Below, piece after piece: positions 1 through 16,239 of a DNA stretch of 64,000 nucleotides. The translations under genes and the position numbers were made by a program. Below the pieces are notes generated by a model. That model had not been told where the DNA came from and ran no database searches. It was given only the letters and a program-made list of their open reading frames with translations. Within the stretch, counting starts at the first letter, position 1. Each line of letters opens with the position of its first letter. This DNA is from Blastocystis sp. Blastoise (lineage: Eukaryota > Protista > Bigyra: Opalinata). The stretch spans positions 868,001 through 932,000 of the forward strand of contig JBBPEB010000028.1 in the NCBI GenBank assembly GCA_039096225.1, written 5' to 3'.

Positions 1-11
1 TATATATATAG

Positions 12-1377
12 AAGTATGAGAGGTTCTGTATGTCCTTCTATTCTTCCTTCTACATCACTATTAATCGCTGGAAATATATATACACAGAAAGTGAAACAAG
101 CCACTAGCTCTTCTATTCCTATTGTTAATAAACAATATATTCTAGATATTAATATACATTTATATATATTATATATATTATTATATATATTATTACATAT
201 TAGTATCTATTATCTATTATATATATATATATAGTCCTCTTTATTACCCTATGATGAGTATCACGTGACATTCGATACAATAGACACAAATGACCCTGTA
301 TATATATATATATAAATAACTATATATATAGATTGAAAATACAATGTCTATGCCTACAAAAGAAAGTATTCATTATATATAATAATACATATAATATAAA
401 ATAATATTTATATATATGTATATAGATAAAGCAAGACCGTTATTACCTCTTCAAACTGATTTTTCTGCAGTTCCCCACGGGAATCTGTCTCCCTATAAAT
501 CACCCCTCTCTTTTCCTTCTCCCCAAAATACCGATATTACAAATAGTCCTATAACCGCGGGAATCAGTGAGGATCAAGAGATATCCAATCGCATTCAGAG
601 ATTGATTGACGCGAATACAAATCCTCAAAAGAATCAAAACAACGATATGTCTAAAGAAAATAATTCTATAAATAAAGTAGATAAACAAGTAGAAAACTCT
701 CCTTCAAAAATCAGACCGTTTCAGATTGATTTCAGTCATATGAATTCTTCTTCTTATGTATATACTGATTTAGAAAAAGAAAATCGAAAGATGAAAAGTG
801 TTTCGACAGTGGAAACAAATAGTGTTTCTTCTAAAGATACTATGTCTGTAGAGAAATCCAATTCTGTTGATCGAGTATCTGTCTCTTCTGATTCTCATCA
901 TAACCGCGGGAATAATGCAGGCTCTATTGTAGACATCACTCATAATGGTATATATAATAGTAATACTATTGTTATGATTATTAGTTAATACTTATGTATA
1001 CTTATTAAGTCTATATATATATATATATAGAAGATAGTGAGATAGAATTTGAAGAAGGAATTGAGGACATATCAAAAGATATTACTATGAATCGATTCTC
1101 TTTAGATACATTGAAACAAACAATCATGAATAATACACGAATCTCTAGTTCTAAAGATGATATTCCCGCGGGAATAAATCAATTCGTAGAGATTCTTGAT
1201 GAGAATTCCATGAATGAATTGAAAGAAAACGAAAAAGGAAAACAAAAAGAAAACGAAAAAGAATTGACAAAGAAGAAAAGGGGAAGACCTAAAACAAAGT
1301 ATATAGAGTTATATATAGTTATATATAGTTATATATATATATATAGAAAACAAGTCATAAAAAAGAAAGGAAAATAA
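12..1377 (+). CDS. 3' part of a multi-exon, S/N/K-rich protein with a C-terminal AT-hook/NLS (5' end outside window)
   Basis: Exons about 12-123, 235-297, 332-365, 426-948, 1031-1298 and 1347-1377 join in frame at GT-AG; KKKRGRPKTK motif; TAA at 1375-1377. Confidence 0.7.
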
Positions 1378-1812
1378 AAATATAGAAAAAATAGGATATA
1401 ATAATATCATATATCGTACACGTGTTATAAATAGAAAAATAATATATTCACATGATTGTTATGTTTTGATTAGTGTATATGTTTATATAAAGTTAAAAAA
1501 ATATGTTTATACTAAATGAAATGAAAGAAAGAATTTTTAAAGTCATTTTTTGGAATAATATCTCTTTTTGTTAACGAGTTATTCACAAGTTTATATAACA
1601 TTAAAATAGAAAAAAAAATAGTATTAGATTTGTGTTTTGACATAGAAATAACGTATTAAAAAAGTGAATTATTGAGTTAGTAGCTTACTAATAAAATGGT
1701 TTCAATATATATAAATAATTGTCTATTTCAAGCAATACATATATAAGAATAAACAAATTTATAAAAATATGAATTAAACACAAAAAAAATATATTAATAT
1801 ATAAAAATATAA

Positions 1813-3458
1813 TTATTCTTGAATAACTGTCTTCTTTTCTTCTGTTTGATCTTTTTTGGGTTCTTGAGAGGGCGTTGTTGTTGTGTTTTCCTTTTCTAAT
1901 TCTTTTGATATCTTTTCATATATAGAATATATATATCCATTCGCAGCTATATATAGAGATATAGATAATATATATATATATATAGTTATATATATATAGT
2001 TATATATATATATACAACCAGGATGCTCTTTTGACATATTTAAATCATACTTTAACTATACATATAGTTATATATATAGTTATATATATAGTTATAAATA
2101 TATTTATAAATATAGTTAAAAAAAGTTATATATATAGTTATATATATAGTTATATATATAGTTATAAATATATATATAAATATAGTTATAAATATATTTA
2201 TAAAAATAGTTAAAAAATAGTATAAAAAATGTTATAAAAAATAGTTATAAAAAAAGTTATAAATATAGTTATAACTATACGAATGATTTGCACGTGCAGC
2301 AGTTCATCATGAGTGATATCGTATTAATAGAACGATTGAAGGCATATTGAAACTTGGGATTTTTTATCTATATATATATATATATATTAATAGGTATAAT
2401 AGTAAAAAAATAAAATAATTATAAACATAAAAAGTAAACAAAAATATATATAATAAAAAAATAATATTTACTAAGCTTCTAAATTTATCGGGTGTTCTGT
2501 ATTTCTCTGGTATATAGTTTATAAGTGATGACACAAGTGCGTCATCCGCATTCTGTAAATACTTCATAATCTATATATATATATATTTCAAATACTATTA
2601 TTTAATGTATATAAAACTAATATATATATAATAAAAGAATATTAATTTTATTATATTCACTACATACATCGTTTCTTTCCATATAAGAAGATAAATGAAA
2701 AGGGATCGATAATATACTTACGTCTAGTGAACCGTTTCTATATATATATACATATATATACATAATAATAATACTATTTACAATAATTCAATATAATATT
2801 TTATATTAATATCCATGATATTTTAATGAATAATAATATAATATCTATTAATATATACGTATATAATCTCGATAATTCACCAGAAATAAACGAAGCGCAT
2901 CGATTTATCATATTCTTATTTGCTTCCTGTAAAAAACATATATATGTAAATAAGAATATATAAATATATATAAAAACATATAATAAATATATACTTGACT
3001 CCAAAAGAAATAAGGATGATTATCACAATAGAATGGCTTGCAACGAAGAACAAAAATACCACGATCAGCATCATACTAAAAAATTATGTTATAATCAATA
3101 ATTGAAAAATCAATAAGAAACACGTATATAATATTTATAAATATATACAATTGAAAAGTCATGATTTGATTCAAGATTTATGGTCTAAAAATAATTAGAT
3201 TGAAACAAAGACGATATATACAAGTTCGACTTGGTTTGTTTTGCTATTTATCCACAAAAGAAAGAGTCTTATATTGTTGCTGGATAAATCCATTTGAAGC
3301 CTTTTGTTTTTGGTGAAACATAACTGAAGAACTCCATTATCTGACAAACATTTGACTTCTATTTTTCTATCTGGCTTATTTACAATTTCAGCTCTTCCAC
3401 ATTTCATGGAAAACAGAACATTTAAATTATTATCAATTGAATTATGTCTACTAAGCAT
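1813..3458 (-). CDS. Proteasomal ubiquitin receptor Rpn13/ADRM1-like protein (divergent), multi-exon
   Basis: Spliced N-terminus FSMKCGRAE...LLWINSKTNQVEL...RGIFVLRCKPF..HPYFFWSQE resembles the PRU domain (F.AGK..., GRVYVLKF...FFWMQE); C-terminal LINYIPE...IKNPKFQYA resembles DEUBAD. Confidence 0.7.
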
Positions 3459-3756
3459 AGTATGTAGTTAATATATAAAGATGGTGATAATAAATTGGAT
3501 ATTTCCAAAAAAAATAATTTGAAAAAAAATTTAGAAAAATTTCGTGGTTTGTGGAAAGTCTTTTCTTTATAATAATACAATTATCTAAAATTCTTTTAAA
3601 TATACTCTTTGTAAAATTTAGTATATGAATTTGTTGTATAGAACTTCAAAAACGATATATGATGAAAGGAGACAAAACGCATTACAAAATTTCTATAGCC
3701 ACCTATGAAAAATCTAGTATATTTCAAGTTCATAAAGAAACAAATAATAATTCAGT

Positions 3757-5213
3757 TTATAGTTCATCTACACTCACCATTTCTCCATGCTCTTCAGGAT
3801 TATATCTATAAATAAATAAATAAATATATATATAAATATATATATATAAAATAATATAAATAAAAAATAAATAAATAAAATAATTAATAGATACTCTTCA
3901 ATAAGATTTGTAGAGAATCGTTCGATAGTTTCGGGTCCACGAACTTCTTCACATAGTTCGGGAATCATAACTATATGATAATCACTAAATAAATCAATAA
4001 TTTGATTAATATATTTATCTTGTATCTTTCTTCTAGCTAAACATTTCTTACAAATACAATCTTTATCAGGGAATAAGATTTGATTTACAACAATAGAATT
4101 TACATCCATTTTATATTTTTGTAAAGCTTGTACTAATCGTTCTGTTTCATAAACACTTAAGAATTCAGGTATACAGACACAAATAAATGTAGTTTCTTTA
4201 GGATTTGTAAAACGAACAGATACTTGTTCAATATTTGCTTTCATTTTATTAATTGATTCTGTTATATTTGGTCTGGCGGCATCTCCTTCCGGCATTAAAG
4301 ACATCACCTATAGATAGATAGGTAGATAAATAGACAAATATATTATAATGTGTATTGTAGTTATATAATTATTATTCTATTAATTTATAAAATAGAATAC
4401 TAAGAATAGATTAAAAAGAATAATAAAATTTATAATAATAATATAAAAATAATAATAATAGCATAGAATACAATATACTTGATTGATGATCCCTCCAAAA
4501 GAGTCAGTTAGAGATCCGATAGTATCAAAGCTCTTCTCGAGCATGGAGGGGAACCCAATTAATCGAAGTGTATGGCCAGTGGGAGCTGTATCAAATACTA
4601 CTATATCATAATCCATCTTCTGTACTTGTTGCATCAACTCTGAAAACGATAATGCTTCATCAATACCTATTGAAATAGGAATAGAATTATATTAATGTAA
4701 TTATATTAACATAATAATATAATTATATTATTATAATAATAGAATAAAAATATAATAAAACAAAAATATAATAGAATATAACATACCTGGTAAAGAATTT
4801 GTGATTTCATTTAACAAGGAAGATGCTTTTGAGGATGTTTCGCTACTTACGGAAGAATTATTAAATAATAATTTTGAAAAGTCTATGAATTTAAATAATA
4901 AACAACAGAAAAATATATATATACCTTTTTCTGGATTGCTTTCAATCTCCATACACGATAAATTCTTAAAACCATTGACTAATGTAGGTTTATTCGTAAA
5001 TTTTTGTTTGAATGCATCACTTAAGTTATGCGCAGGATCTGTAGAAACAATCAACACACTCTTATGAGTTTTAGCGAGTTGAGTACCTAAAGAACAAGAA
5101 GTGGTTGTCTTACCAACACCTCCTTTGCCTCCAACAAAAATCCATTTCAAATCTTTTGAGTTTACAATATGTTTTAAAGTAGGCTCAGGAAATTCAAGTG
5201 TCTCGTTCTCCAT
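3757..5213 (-). CDS. ASNA1: GET3/ASNA1 (TRC40) ATPase, 5 exons
   Basis: [58 protein letters not shown], CxxC; last exon ends TAA at 3759-3757. Confidence 0.97.
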
Positions 5214-5776
5214 TTATCAATAATTTATAATCAATTTATATTCTTTTAATAGAAGTATTTTCTAAAAATTCTTTTTTGAAACTTCTGTTTTTATGGGGAA
5301 ATAATGATTTGTAACTGATAATGAGAAATGAATCACTATTATGTTGTTTTCTTTTCTATATTATGATTTTATTGCTATTATTAAGATTTATATAGGTATT
5401 TCTGCATATTTATGAATTCAATGATGTGTATAAGCTTTTATTAGTAGTGGAAGTATGCAAAATTATGATGATTTCATTTTAAACGCAATAATAATGTCTA
5501 ATGAAGTAGTATGATGCATAAAAACGAACTATTCTATGCATATGCATTAAATACAAATTAAAATAAACTCTTAAAGAAAAACAAATGTCTTGAAATGTAT
5601 GTTTTTAATAATTTATATACTATTCCTTTTTATATAGGTTATCAATGATTTATAATCAAGGAATTCTTATTCCTCTATTCTTTATCTTGAATAATTATAG
5701 ATACAATATATACTTCAAATAAAATTTCATTAAATCATCTTTTAAATATACAAAAAAAAGTTAAAAAATCAATTAC

Positions 5777-6427
5777 ACTCCTATTTCTATTCTTCTTGTT
5801 ATTCTCGCATATTTGAATATTAATTACTCTTATAAACTGTCTTATTCCATGTATACTGCTTATATCATCCATTACACTAATAATTACTTTGAAATCCTTC
5901 ATAAAACAATAATTCAGTGCTTTCTATGAACAAATCTCTTCTTTAATTATGGTTTCACAGATCCTAAACCATTACCTAAATACCTCTTTATAAACATTGA
6001 GAACACTTTATACACATTTTTTACAAATTATACAATATATTGATTATTAAATGATCCAATCGTATTTCAATCGATATCCCATGACATATATAATAGAATC
6101 TATAATTTGTATACATCAGCAAGGCCACTGACCACAGCTTCAGCTTTCAATTCATCGTATTTCATCATTTTCAAGCATTTTATATCCTCTACTTACTTTA
6201 CAGAATACTAAATACGTATAAATAACGAATATTAACACATAATTCATTTAAAAACGATATCTTTGACTAAAAATTACTAAATTAATAAAAAATAATAATA
6301 ATACCGATGATCAACGGGAATACTGTTATAAGTAGCAGTTTTTTTCTTTATAAACACGGATAATTCAATTTGAAAAAAATTCTTATAAAAAATAAAATAA
6401 TCGGGAATATTACTCTCCATTCTTCAT
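5777..6427 (-). CDS. Possible small multi-exon hypothetical gene; boundaries unresolved
   Basis: AG/GT-bounded open stretch 5923-5777 (KALNYCFMKDFKVIISVMDD...) and other coding-like segments near 6115-6190 and 6304-6380; I could not build a full model. Confidence 0.3.
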
Positions 6428-6479
6428 TTCGTCTTTTAAGCTTCTTGAAAAGGTAATAGGTTCTTGAATACTCTGAGAA

Positions 6480-9400
6480 ATGATGAATTCTACGTCATTC
6501 CTCATCTGGTTGAGTATTCTTCCAATTTGTATACTTCCCTTCATTGTATCGTTGATCAATTATGGTCATTATCCTAACACAATGAATTCAAAAACCAACA
6601 AAACCATGGATTCCATATATCTATTTTCAAGACAGTTTGCTGTACCACGATATCCTGGTGTAGAGCCTCAATGGACTACGATTCATACATATATTCAACA
6701 ATATTTTCAATATATAGATACGAAATCCAGTGAAATTAATACGTTTAGTTATTCATATCATTCTGAGAATATAACTACTGAGAATGATGGTTCTTTTCTT
6801 TGTTCTAATGGTGTTGGTAATTATGTAGCTTCAATTTATCCAAATTATATACTTCCTGAAGAGGATACAGATATAGCTATTTGTTTATTTAGTCATATTG
6901 ATTCTTCATTTAATTCTATTGGTTATGCAGATGATTTATTTGGTTTTACAGAATCATTAATTTTATTAGAAGATTTTATTAATCGTGAAGATTTGAAATA
7001 TACATTACATTTTATATATTCTGATATTACTCAAGATCATTATGATAGTTTTTATTCTATACCTTTTATACCAGAATTACATAATTGTATGATTAATATA
7101 GAATTACATGGCTCGGGCTGTTCATATATAAAACCTTCTATATTAGGAATAAAAGGGAAGCATGATATTCTATCTTTATTTATGAATTCGAGTCCTTTCT
7201 CTATGAAATCTTCAAATTATATATTTGATTCTAGTTCAATATTAGAAGATGTAACAGGTTCAACTATTCTTTATGATAATTTACTTTTAAATATAAAGAA
7301 TAATGAAGATAAAGAAGAAAAGAAGAAGAATTTCTCATTATTTTCATTTTTATCTTCTAAATCTATGAAATCTCCAAATTTAATTATTTTTGGATTTTCA
7401 GATCGATATACAGCTATTCATACAAGTTTAGACGATCAGTATTGTATTTCAAAAGAAGCCTTATTCGCTAAATACGATTCATTATATTATTTTTTAGATT
7501 CTATAATACAAATACCATTACGTACTCTTAAACCGTATATATATACATATTCAAAACCTTCTTTATTTACGTTTTTTAATTATAATTATATGATATCTTC
7601 ATTTCAAATTCAACTCTGTACCTGTTGTTGTATCGTCATTATTCTCTTTTTTCTATTATATGTAATATATCCCTATATGTCATTTCATTCATTTCAAAAT
7701 ATTTCTAAAGATTATGATTTTTTACAAGGTATTTATAATGGTATTCATTTATGTATATATCAAGGAGGAGGTCTCTTCATTACATTTATTATTAATTATA
7801 TTATACATCGAATAGATCCACTTCAAAATCATAAAGGAGTTTATAGTTTATATGTATTCTTTCTACTAATTACTTCCTGTTTAATTACTTTTACTATACT
7901 TCAAATTGAAATGTATTATTATTATGCTCTTAAATCAATTCGTTTTTATTATTGTAGTATCTTATCCTATATATTATTTCATCTAAGTATAGTATTAATC
8001 ATGAATTATTTATCATTATCTATTTCTTTTAATATACTTATTCCCACGGTTTATCTCTCTATACTTTTCTTTTGTATATATTATTATAATCGATTGTTTC
8101 CTTCTTCACATACTTCTTCCTTTTATTCATCCTTCATGTGTTGTTTTTTTTATATATCATTTCTTCTTATATCTTTTGTAAATTTATTTCCTTTTATTCA
8201 AGTATGTCAAACCTATTATTCTCTACTTGTTTCTGATTCTCATGCAGTTCTTTCCTTATTTATATGCACATTAGCTTCTTATATATATATAACTCCTATT
8301 TTTACGGGTATTTACTACTTTTACTGTTTAATTCCTTCGTCACTATTCTTCTCTAGTAATTCTATTACAGAAATGAAAACAAAAGATATTATTTTATTCA
8401 GATATATATATACTGAAAACAATATACCTTCTTTCTTTATACAAACAAAACAACATTTCCTTTATTATTTCAAGATCTTTAATTATTCATTAGTCTATAT
8501 ATTATTATTATGTATTGGTATTGTATCGCTTATTCCCACATTTACAGATGAACATCCCCTTCCTTTACAAGTATCTACATTATTCTTCTCAGATTCTACA
8601 AATAGTAATATGAATAATGATACTATTTCATATAATAATAATATGAATAATGATACTATTTCATATAATAATAATAATTCATATAATAATAGTAATAAAT
8701 ATAATAATAATGTTCATTCTGGACTATATATATCTGATCCTTATATATTTTCAGTTTTATATTATTTTCGACCTGATTTATTACCTCCAATTTTACAATA
8801 TAATTCATCACAATCAACACAGTGTTATATATCAGGAGAACTATCATCATGTATAGAATTATTTCTTATTAAGAATAATCATACTTATATACCTCGTTGG
8901 AATTATGAGTATTTTCCATTAACATCTTATTCTATTTCTAAATCCTTTTCATTCTCTTTCTCTCATATATCTCAATTCTTAGAAAATCAATATACTAATA
9001 ATAGTACGATTATCGATAATGTTCCTTTATCTACAACTGAATCAGCTACAAATAGAATGATGATATATATTTTATATTCATTAAAGAATAAACTACGTTA
9101 TAGAGATCTTTCTATTCCTAATTATTCTATAGATACTATACTTAATATACAAAATTATACTCAAGATCATATTCAAAATCTTTGGAATTCATTTTCATTA
9201 TTAGAATATACTACTCGAACTATCTCCATTTCTATACCTCATCGTGACCCTTCAATATTAGGAGAATACCCTTATTGTATGATATATATACATGCATATA
9301 CGAATCATTTAAAACGAAGTGCATCGACTATTTCTGTGTTTTTCCAAAGAAATAATCATGTTTATCGTGCTAAAAATACATTTATTAAAGGAATCTTTAA

Positions 9401-9608
9401 GAATTTTGATTCTACTATGAATTTAACTTTATATATCACAGGGAAAAGAGGTACTTATGTTTTATTACAGATCATGGATATTTCACGAATTAATACGTTT
9501 GAAACTTATTCAGTAATGAAGGCCTTTCATGATCTCGCCACAGAACGTTTATTACCGTTCCATTTAGCTCCTCAAGCATATATTGTACAAGATGATTTTG
9601 TTCTTTAA
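6480..9608 (+). CDS. Intronless ERMP1/FXNA-like M28 family multi-pass membrane protein
   Basis: SHIDS..SIGYADD, INIELHGSG and IHTSLD match the M28 motifs HxDS..GAxDD, INLE..GSG and YHT..D; followed by about 8-9 hydrophobic segments. Confidence 0.75.
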   Translation: MMNSTSFLIWLSILPICILPFIVSLINYGHYPNTMNSKTNKTMDSIYLFSRQFAVPRYPGVEPQWTTIHTYIQQYFQYIDTKSSEINTFSYSYHSENITTENDGSFLCSNGVGNYVASIYPNYILPEEDTDIAICLFSHIDSSFNSIGYADDLFGFTESLILLEDFINREDLKYTLHFIYSDITQDHYDSFYSIPFIPELHNCMINIELHGSGCSYIKPSILGIKGKHDILSLFMNSSPFSMKSSNYIFDSSSILEDVTGSTILYDNLLLNIKNNEDKEEKKKNFSLFSFLSSKSMKSPNLIIFGFSDRYTAIHTSLDDQYCISKEALFAKYDSLYYFLDSIIQIPLRTLKPYIYTYSKPSLFTFFNYNYMISSFQIQLCTCCCIVIILFFLLYVIYPYMSFHSFQNISKDYDFLQGIYNGIHLCIYQGGGLFITFIINYIIHRIDPLQNHKGVYSLYVFFLLITSCLITFTILQIEMYYYYALKSIRFYYCSILSYILFHLSIVLIMNYLSLSISFNILIPTVYLSILFFCIYYYNRLFPSSHTSSFYSSFMCCFFYISFLLISFVNLFPFIQVCQTYYSLLVSDSHAVLSLFICTLASYIYITPIFTGIYYFYCLIPSSLFFSSNSITEMKTKDIILFRYIYTENNIPSFFIQTKQHFLYYFKIFNYSLVYILLLCIGIVSLIPTFTDEHPLPLQVSTLFFSDSTNSNMNNDTISYNNNMNNDTISYNNNNSYNNSNKYNNNVHSGLYISDPYIFSVLYYFRPDLLPPILQYNSSQSTQCYISGELSSCIELFLIKNNHTYIPRWNYEYFPLTSYSISKSFSFSFSHISQFLENQYTNNSTIIDNVPLSTTESATNRMMIYILYSLKNKLRYRDLSIPNYSIDTILNIQNYTQDHIQNLWNSFSLLEYTTRTISISIPHRDPSILGEYPYCMIYIHAYTNHLKRSASTISVFFQRNNHVYRAKNTFIKGIFKNFDSTMNLTLYITGKRGTYVLLQIMDISRINTFETYSVMKAFHDLATERLLPFHLAPQAYIVQDDFVL

Positions 9609-10445
9609 ACCTGATCTTTTTTTATATAATTTTATGTTTTAAATTAAAAAAAAAATATTTTTTTTTTAATTTATTTATTATATTTAAAAGTATTGATGTT
9701 GTATACTGTTTTGTATCTTCTTGTTTTTTTAATTTTGTTATTTTAATTATTTTCTTCTTTTTAATTTTCAATTTGTTTTTCACTTTCATATGAATCATTT
9801 CTTTTTATCATTTTTCACTAAATAAATTATTTTTCTCTTTTTTTTCTTTTTGTCTTTTTATAGAATGTGTATTTTACATATAAGTGTAGAGTAAGATTTT
9901 CTCTTTCAAGGAGATTTTATTTCTAAGAAGAATATCACTTTTTCTGTCATTCCATTTTATTTTTCAAACAAGTCATTTTGATATTATTATTTTTTTCGTT
10001 TTTGGTATATAAATTACTTGGATTTTTATTTTATTCATATTTCTTTATTAATAAAGATGGATATAAGAATATTTAAATTGACTCAGTCACAAACAATATG
10101 TTTTTTAATTAATTTTTCAAAAAACTTATCAAAAATCTACTCTTAGATTGCAGATATCTTGGTTACAAGCATTATTCAATATCAATCATAACCTATTTAC
10201 CTATTCTATGTTCTATTTGAGTAGTATCACAGAAATGTTTATCATATTTGATTTCAAAAATATTCTTTTTTAATTAAAATATATATCAATGTCACAGTAC
10301 AAAACATATTTTACTTTGATAACAATAAAATAAAGAAAAATATAGAATTAAAAAAACAAGAGTTTCTTTCACGATTTTCAACATATTAATAACTAAAAAA
10401 TAAATATTTTTCAGATAATTATATTTTCTTAGAATAAGAAAAGAA

Positions 10446-11266
10446 ATGAGTGATCAACATCCTGAACGATCTATATTTAGTATGTAGCTATTCATATTTA
10501 TAGAGACGATACATTAAAATAACATTTTGAATATATTTAGTTGGTAATATTCCATATGATGCAACAGAAGATGAGCTTCGAAAGATCTTTGAGACTGCAG
10601 GACCTGTAGTCTCATTTAAGTATATATTTTAATTTATTATATTAACTATGAACACGAGAATCTTTTTTTTTTTATTATTTAAATTAGTTAAAGAACAGAA
10701 TTCTACATTAAATAAAGGTTATGCATTTTGTGAATATCAAGATAAGCATACAGCAGAATGTGCTTTGAAGAATTTACGTGAACAACAGATTAAAGGAAGA
10801 ATATTAAGAATTGATACAGCTGATGGTAAACGAAAGCGTGTCAATGATATAACTCAAGTAAATTTTTATTTAATTCGAATTATATGTTGAATATTTTTTT
10901 GATATATGTATATCTAATTTTTTTTGTTGAATAATTATTTTTTAATATTATATTTTCTTTTTTTTTGTTGAAATATAATTTTAAAAATAGAATATTATTT
11001 ATTTTATTTTGTTGAATAATGTTAAAGAATAGAATAGTATCTATTTTATATAGGCTGAAGATAATTCTAGTTTATCAAAATTTAAGCCAAAAGAGATTTG
11101 GGAGTTTGTTGCGAATATGAAGCGAGAATGTGTAAAAGATCGTGTATTTGCTCGTAAATTACTTATGAATTATCCTCAAGTTGTACAATTCTTACAAGAA
11201 GCAGAAATTGATCTTGGAATACTTACTAGTGATATTCCTGGAGCTAAAGTTAATAAAGCTATGTAA
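10446..11266 (+). CDS. CSTF2: Cleavage stimulation factor 64 kDa subunit (CSTF2/Rna15): RRM plus hinge
   Basis: [32 protein letters not shown]...[10 protein letters not shown]...GRILRID; hinge-like [11 protein letters not shown]; intron 2 needs a GT-AA junction. Confidence 0.88.
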
Positions 11267-11951
11267 GTCTACTTATGTTTTTTATATAAAGTCATGTTTT
11301 ATTTATTATATATTGCTTTTTTTTTAAATAATAATATTTTTGATATATATATAGATAAACTTTAGTGAATAGTTTATTTATTTTTTATTTTTCCTTTTTG
11401 TTTTTAATATTTGAAAATTTTATTTTTTGTTCATGCTATATTTATGTTTTGTTGTTTTTCAAATAAGCTAGTTATGCGTGAATTAGTATCCTTTTCTTAG
11501 TAAAATCATAGAATAGTTATATTATTATTTATATTTCATTTAAATTAGAATTTATTGAATTAATGTTTGTAAGCTATTTTGAATTCAAAATGAAATGAAT
11601 AGAACAAGTTTTCTCTGTATATATAATTATTTTTGTGAGTTCTTTATATATTGCAAATAATAGTTTAATATCTGGATTTGATTCTTTTCATAAAGATATT
11701 GATAATGTTAGAATAGAATATATGCAAATAATTATCGATTATTCTTTTATCATCACTCTCATAGCACTTATTTATATATTCTTTAAAATAATGCATCTCA
11801 CTAGTCATACAATAAGGAATTCATTAATGAGCTGCTATATTCAACTATAAAAACATAAAATAATAAAAATCTGAATTTTTCTGAATTATTTAATTGTTAC
11901 TGAAACAAAAAAGAATGAATACTTTTTTTCATTTATTTTCATTATAACTAA

Positions 11952-14063
<2,112 letters not shown>

Positions 14064-14370
14064 GATAGAATTAGCGCAAATAGATTCATAGTTTCTACTG
14101 TAAGTCGTGAGATATAATGAAAAACTTTGTTGATCATGTAATTATTTTTTTTTTGTTTTTTCTTTAAACTATAAATATCGATCTTTCGTCGTATTTACGT
14201 ATTACTCACATAAAAAATAAATAGAGAAACATCATAAAAAGAAGATTTTTTGAAAACACAACCTAAACAAAAATAATCCTGAATAATTAAGAAACATCAA
14301 AGGAAATTCAAATAGTTTTATGAATAAATTGAATTTTAGTCTATTCTTCTTTATTTGCCTATAAAAACTG

Positions 14371-15158
14371 ATGGAAGACAATACGAAAGATATAAATCAG
14401 CAATCAAGCGAGAATAAGGAGCAATTCTATAAACAGAAATATGAAGAATGTTTAGTAACCATTGCTACACAAAAGAATGAGATTAATGCTTTGAAATCAT
14501 CGTTAATCACACTCTCTAAGAAGTTCTCTCCAGAATTTCATTATCAAAAGTACATTCTCATGGATCCAGCGGTACATGAGGAATATCAATGTCTCCAAGA
14601 TAACTATTCTTTAGCGTATATATTGTATTATTTGTTTATATGTTTTTAATAATATTTTTATTACGTTTCTGTATTCATTTTTTGACTTCTATTGATAATT
14701 ATGTTTTATTATATTTTTTTCAGTCAAGATGATCTTCTTCATTCAAAAGAAGGTATGGGTAGTAATATATTTGATGTAGATACAATGGAATCGCGTAGAA
14801 ACTTTGATAATTTATTGAAACAAGTATTTTTTTTTATTGTTATTTATTTTTTATGTTTTTCGCATATCAATATAAGCTATATAATAAATATATTATCGTT
14901 ATATATGTTGTATATAGAATCCTATTGATAATAATATAAGTATAAGTGAAACTGATAAATTGAAATTGCAATTAATTGAACAAGAAAAAGACACAATCTC
15001 TCTCAAGAATACATGCGTATATAAATAGAATTATTAATTGTTTAATATTATTGTTTATCATAAATATTATATATATGTATTATTTATTATTTATTATATA
15101 TAGGAACAATGTGAGAAATGGGTTCAAGAAGCTGAAAATCAAAGAGCAGAAATGTATA

Positions 15159-15215
<57 letters not shown>

Positions 15216-15237
15216 GTTATATATATATATATATATA

Positions 15238-15314
<77 letters not shown>

Positions 15315-15738
15315 TTCTAGGTACAAACAGATTTTTTATTTACAGCGTGATATGAATAAGACAGGTCCCTCTCGTACAGCGCGTCATCGTCGTAGTTATG
15401 ATTGTAGTCCAATAGTAAGTAAACCCAGTCGTCACAGTTCAAGTGTAAGTCGATCTACTTCAAAAGAAAGAGAGAATTATCGTGAAAAAGATAAATATAG
15501 AGATCGAAATAGAGATCGAGATAGAGAAAGAGAAAATAAAAAAGAAAGAGAAAGAGAAGATTCTAGAATTCGTGGAAAACGAGAAAATTCACGTGATCGT
15601 TCTTTATATAAAGATAGAGATTCTAAAAAATATAAATCAGAAAAACGAGATACTAATTACGATTCCCATGATTATGATAAGAAATCTGAAAGTGAACGAA
15701 GTAAACGCCGTCATAAGAGTCATGATTCAAGTGCTTAA
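14371..15738 (+). CDS. WTAP: WTAP/FIP37/Mum2-like m6A-writer subunit with R/D/E/S-rich tail
   Basis: Coiled coil with LMDPAVHEEY (family motif LLDPAIHEEF); 5 exons in frame. Confidence 0.7.
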
Positions 15739-16239
15739 TAAAGTTATATATATATAAAGTTATATATATATAAAATATAATATATATAAAATATAATATA
15801 TATAAGTTTTTTTTATTTCATTTTATAAAAATTGGAGTTCATACATTTATATGTATTTACTATTGATCTTTATGATTTCATGTTGATATATATTTATTAA
15901 TAATTTTTTATTTATTATTTATATAATTATATTTTTAATATGTTAACACCTATATATTTTCTCCTTTTTCTTTTTCGTAACTTTATATGTGTTTCATTAC
16001 TTTTATTTTAATTCTTATATGATTTTCTAAGTTTTGATATCGTTTTGCTCTTTATAAGCATTTATTATGTAAATAAATGTTTTGATTAACCAGATTTCAC
16101 AAAAATATACTATTCAAAGTTATTTATTAGATAGATCTCGACTTGCCTATTTCTAAACAATAATTTTATGACAATAATATCATCATTACATGGTTTAAAT
16201 AAGAAAAAGAAAAAACAAATTATTTCCCAAGGGACTTTT

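Noticed and set aside
124-234. Apparent donor-less intron in the first gene
   Set aside because: A canonical phase-0 GTTAAT donor exists at 124
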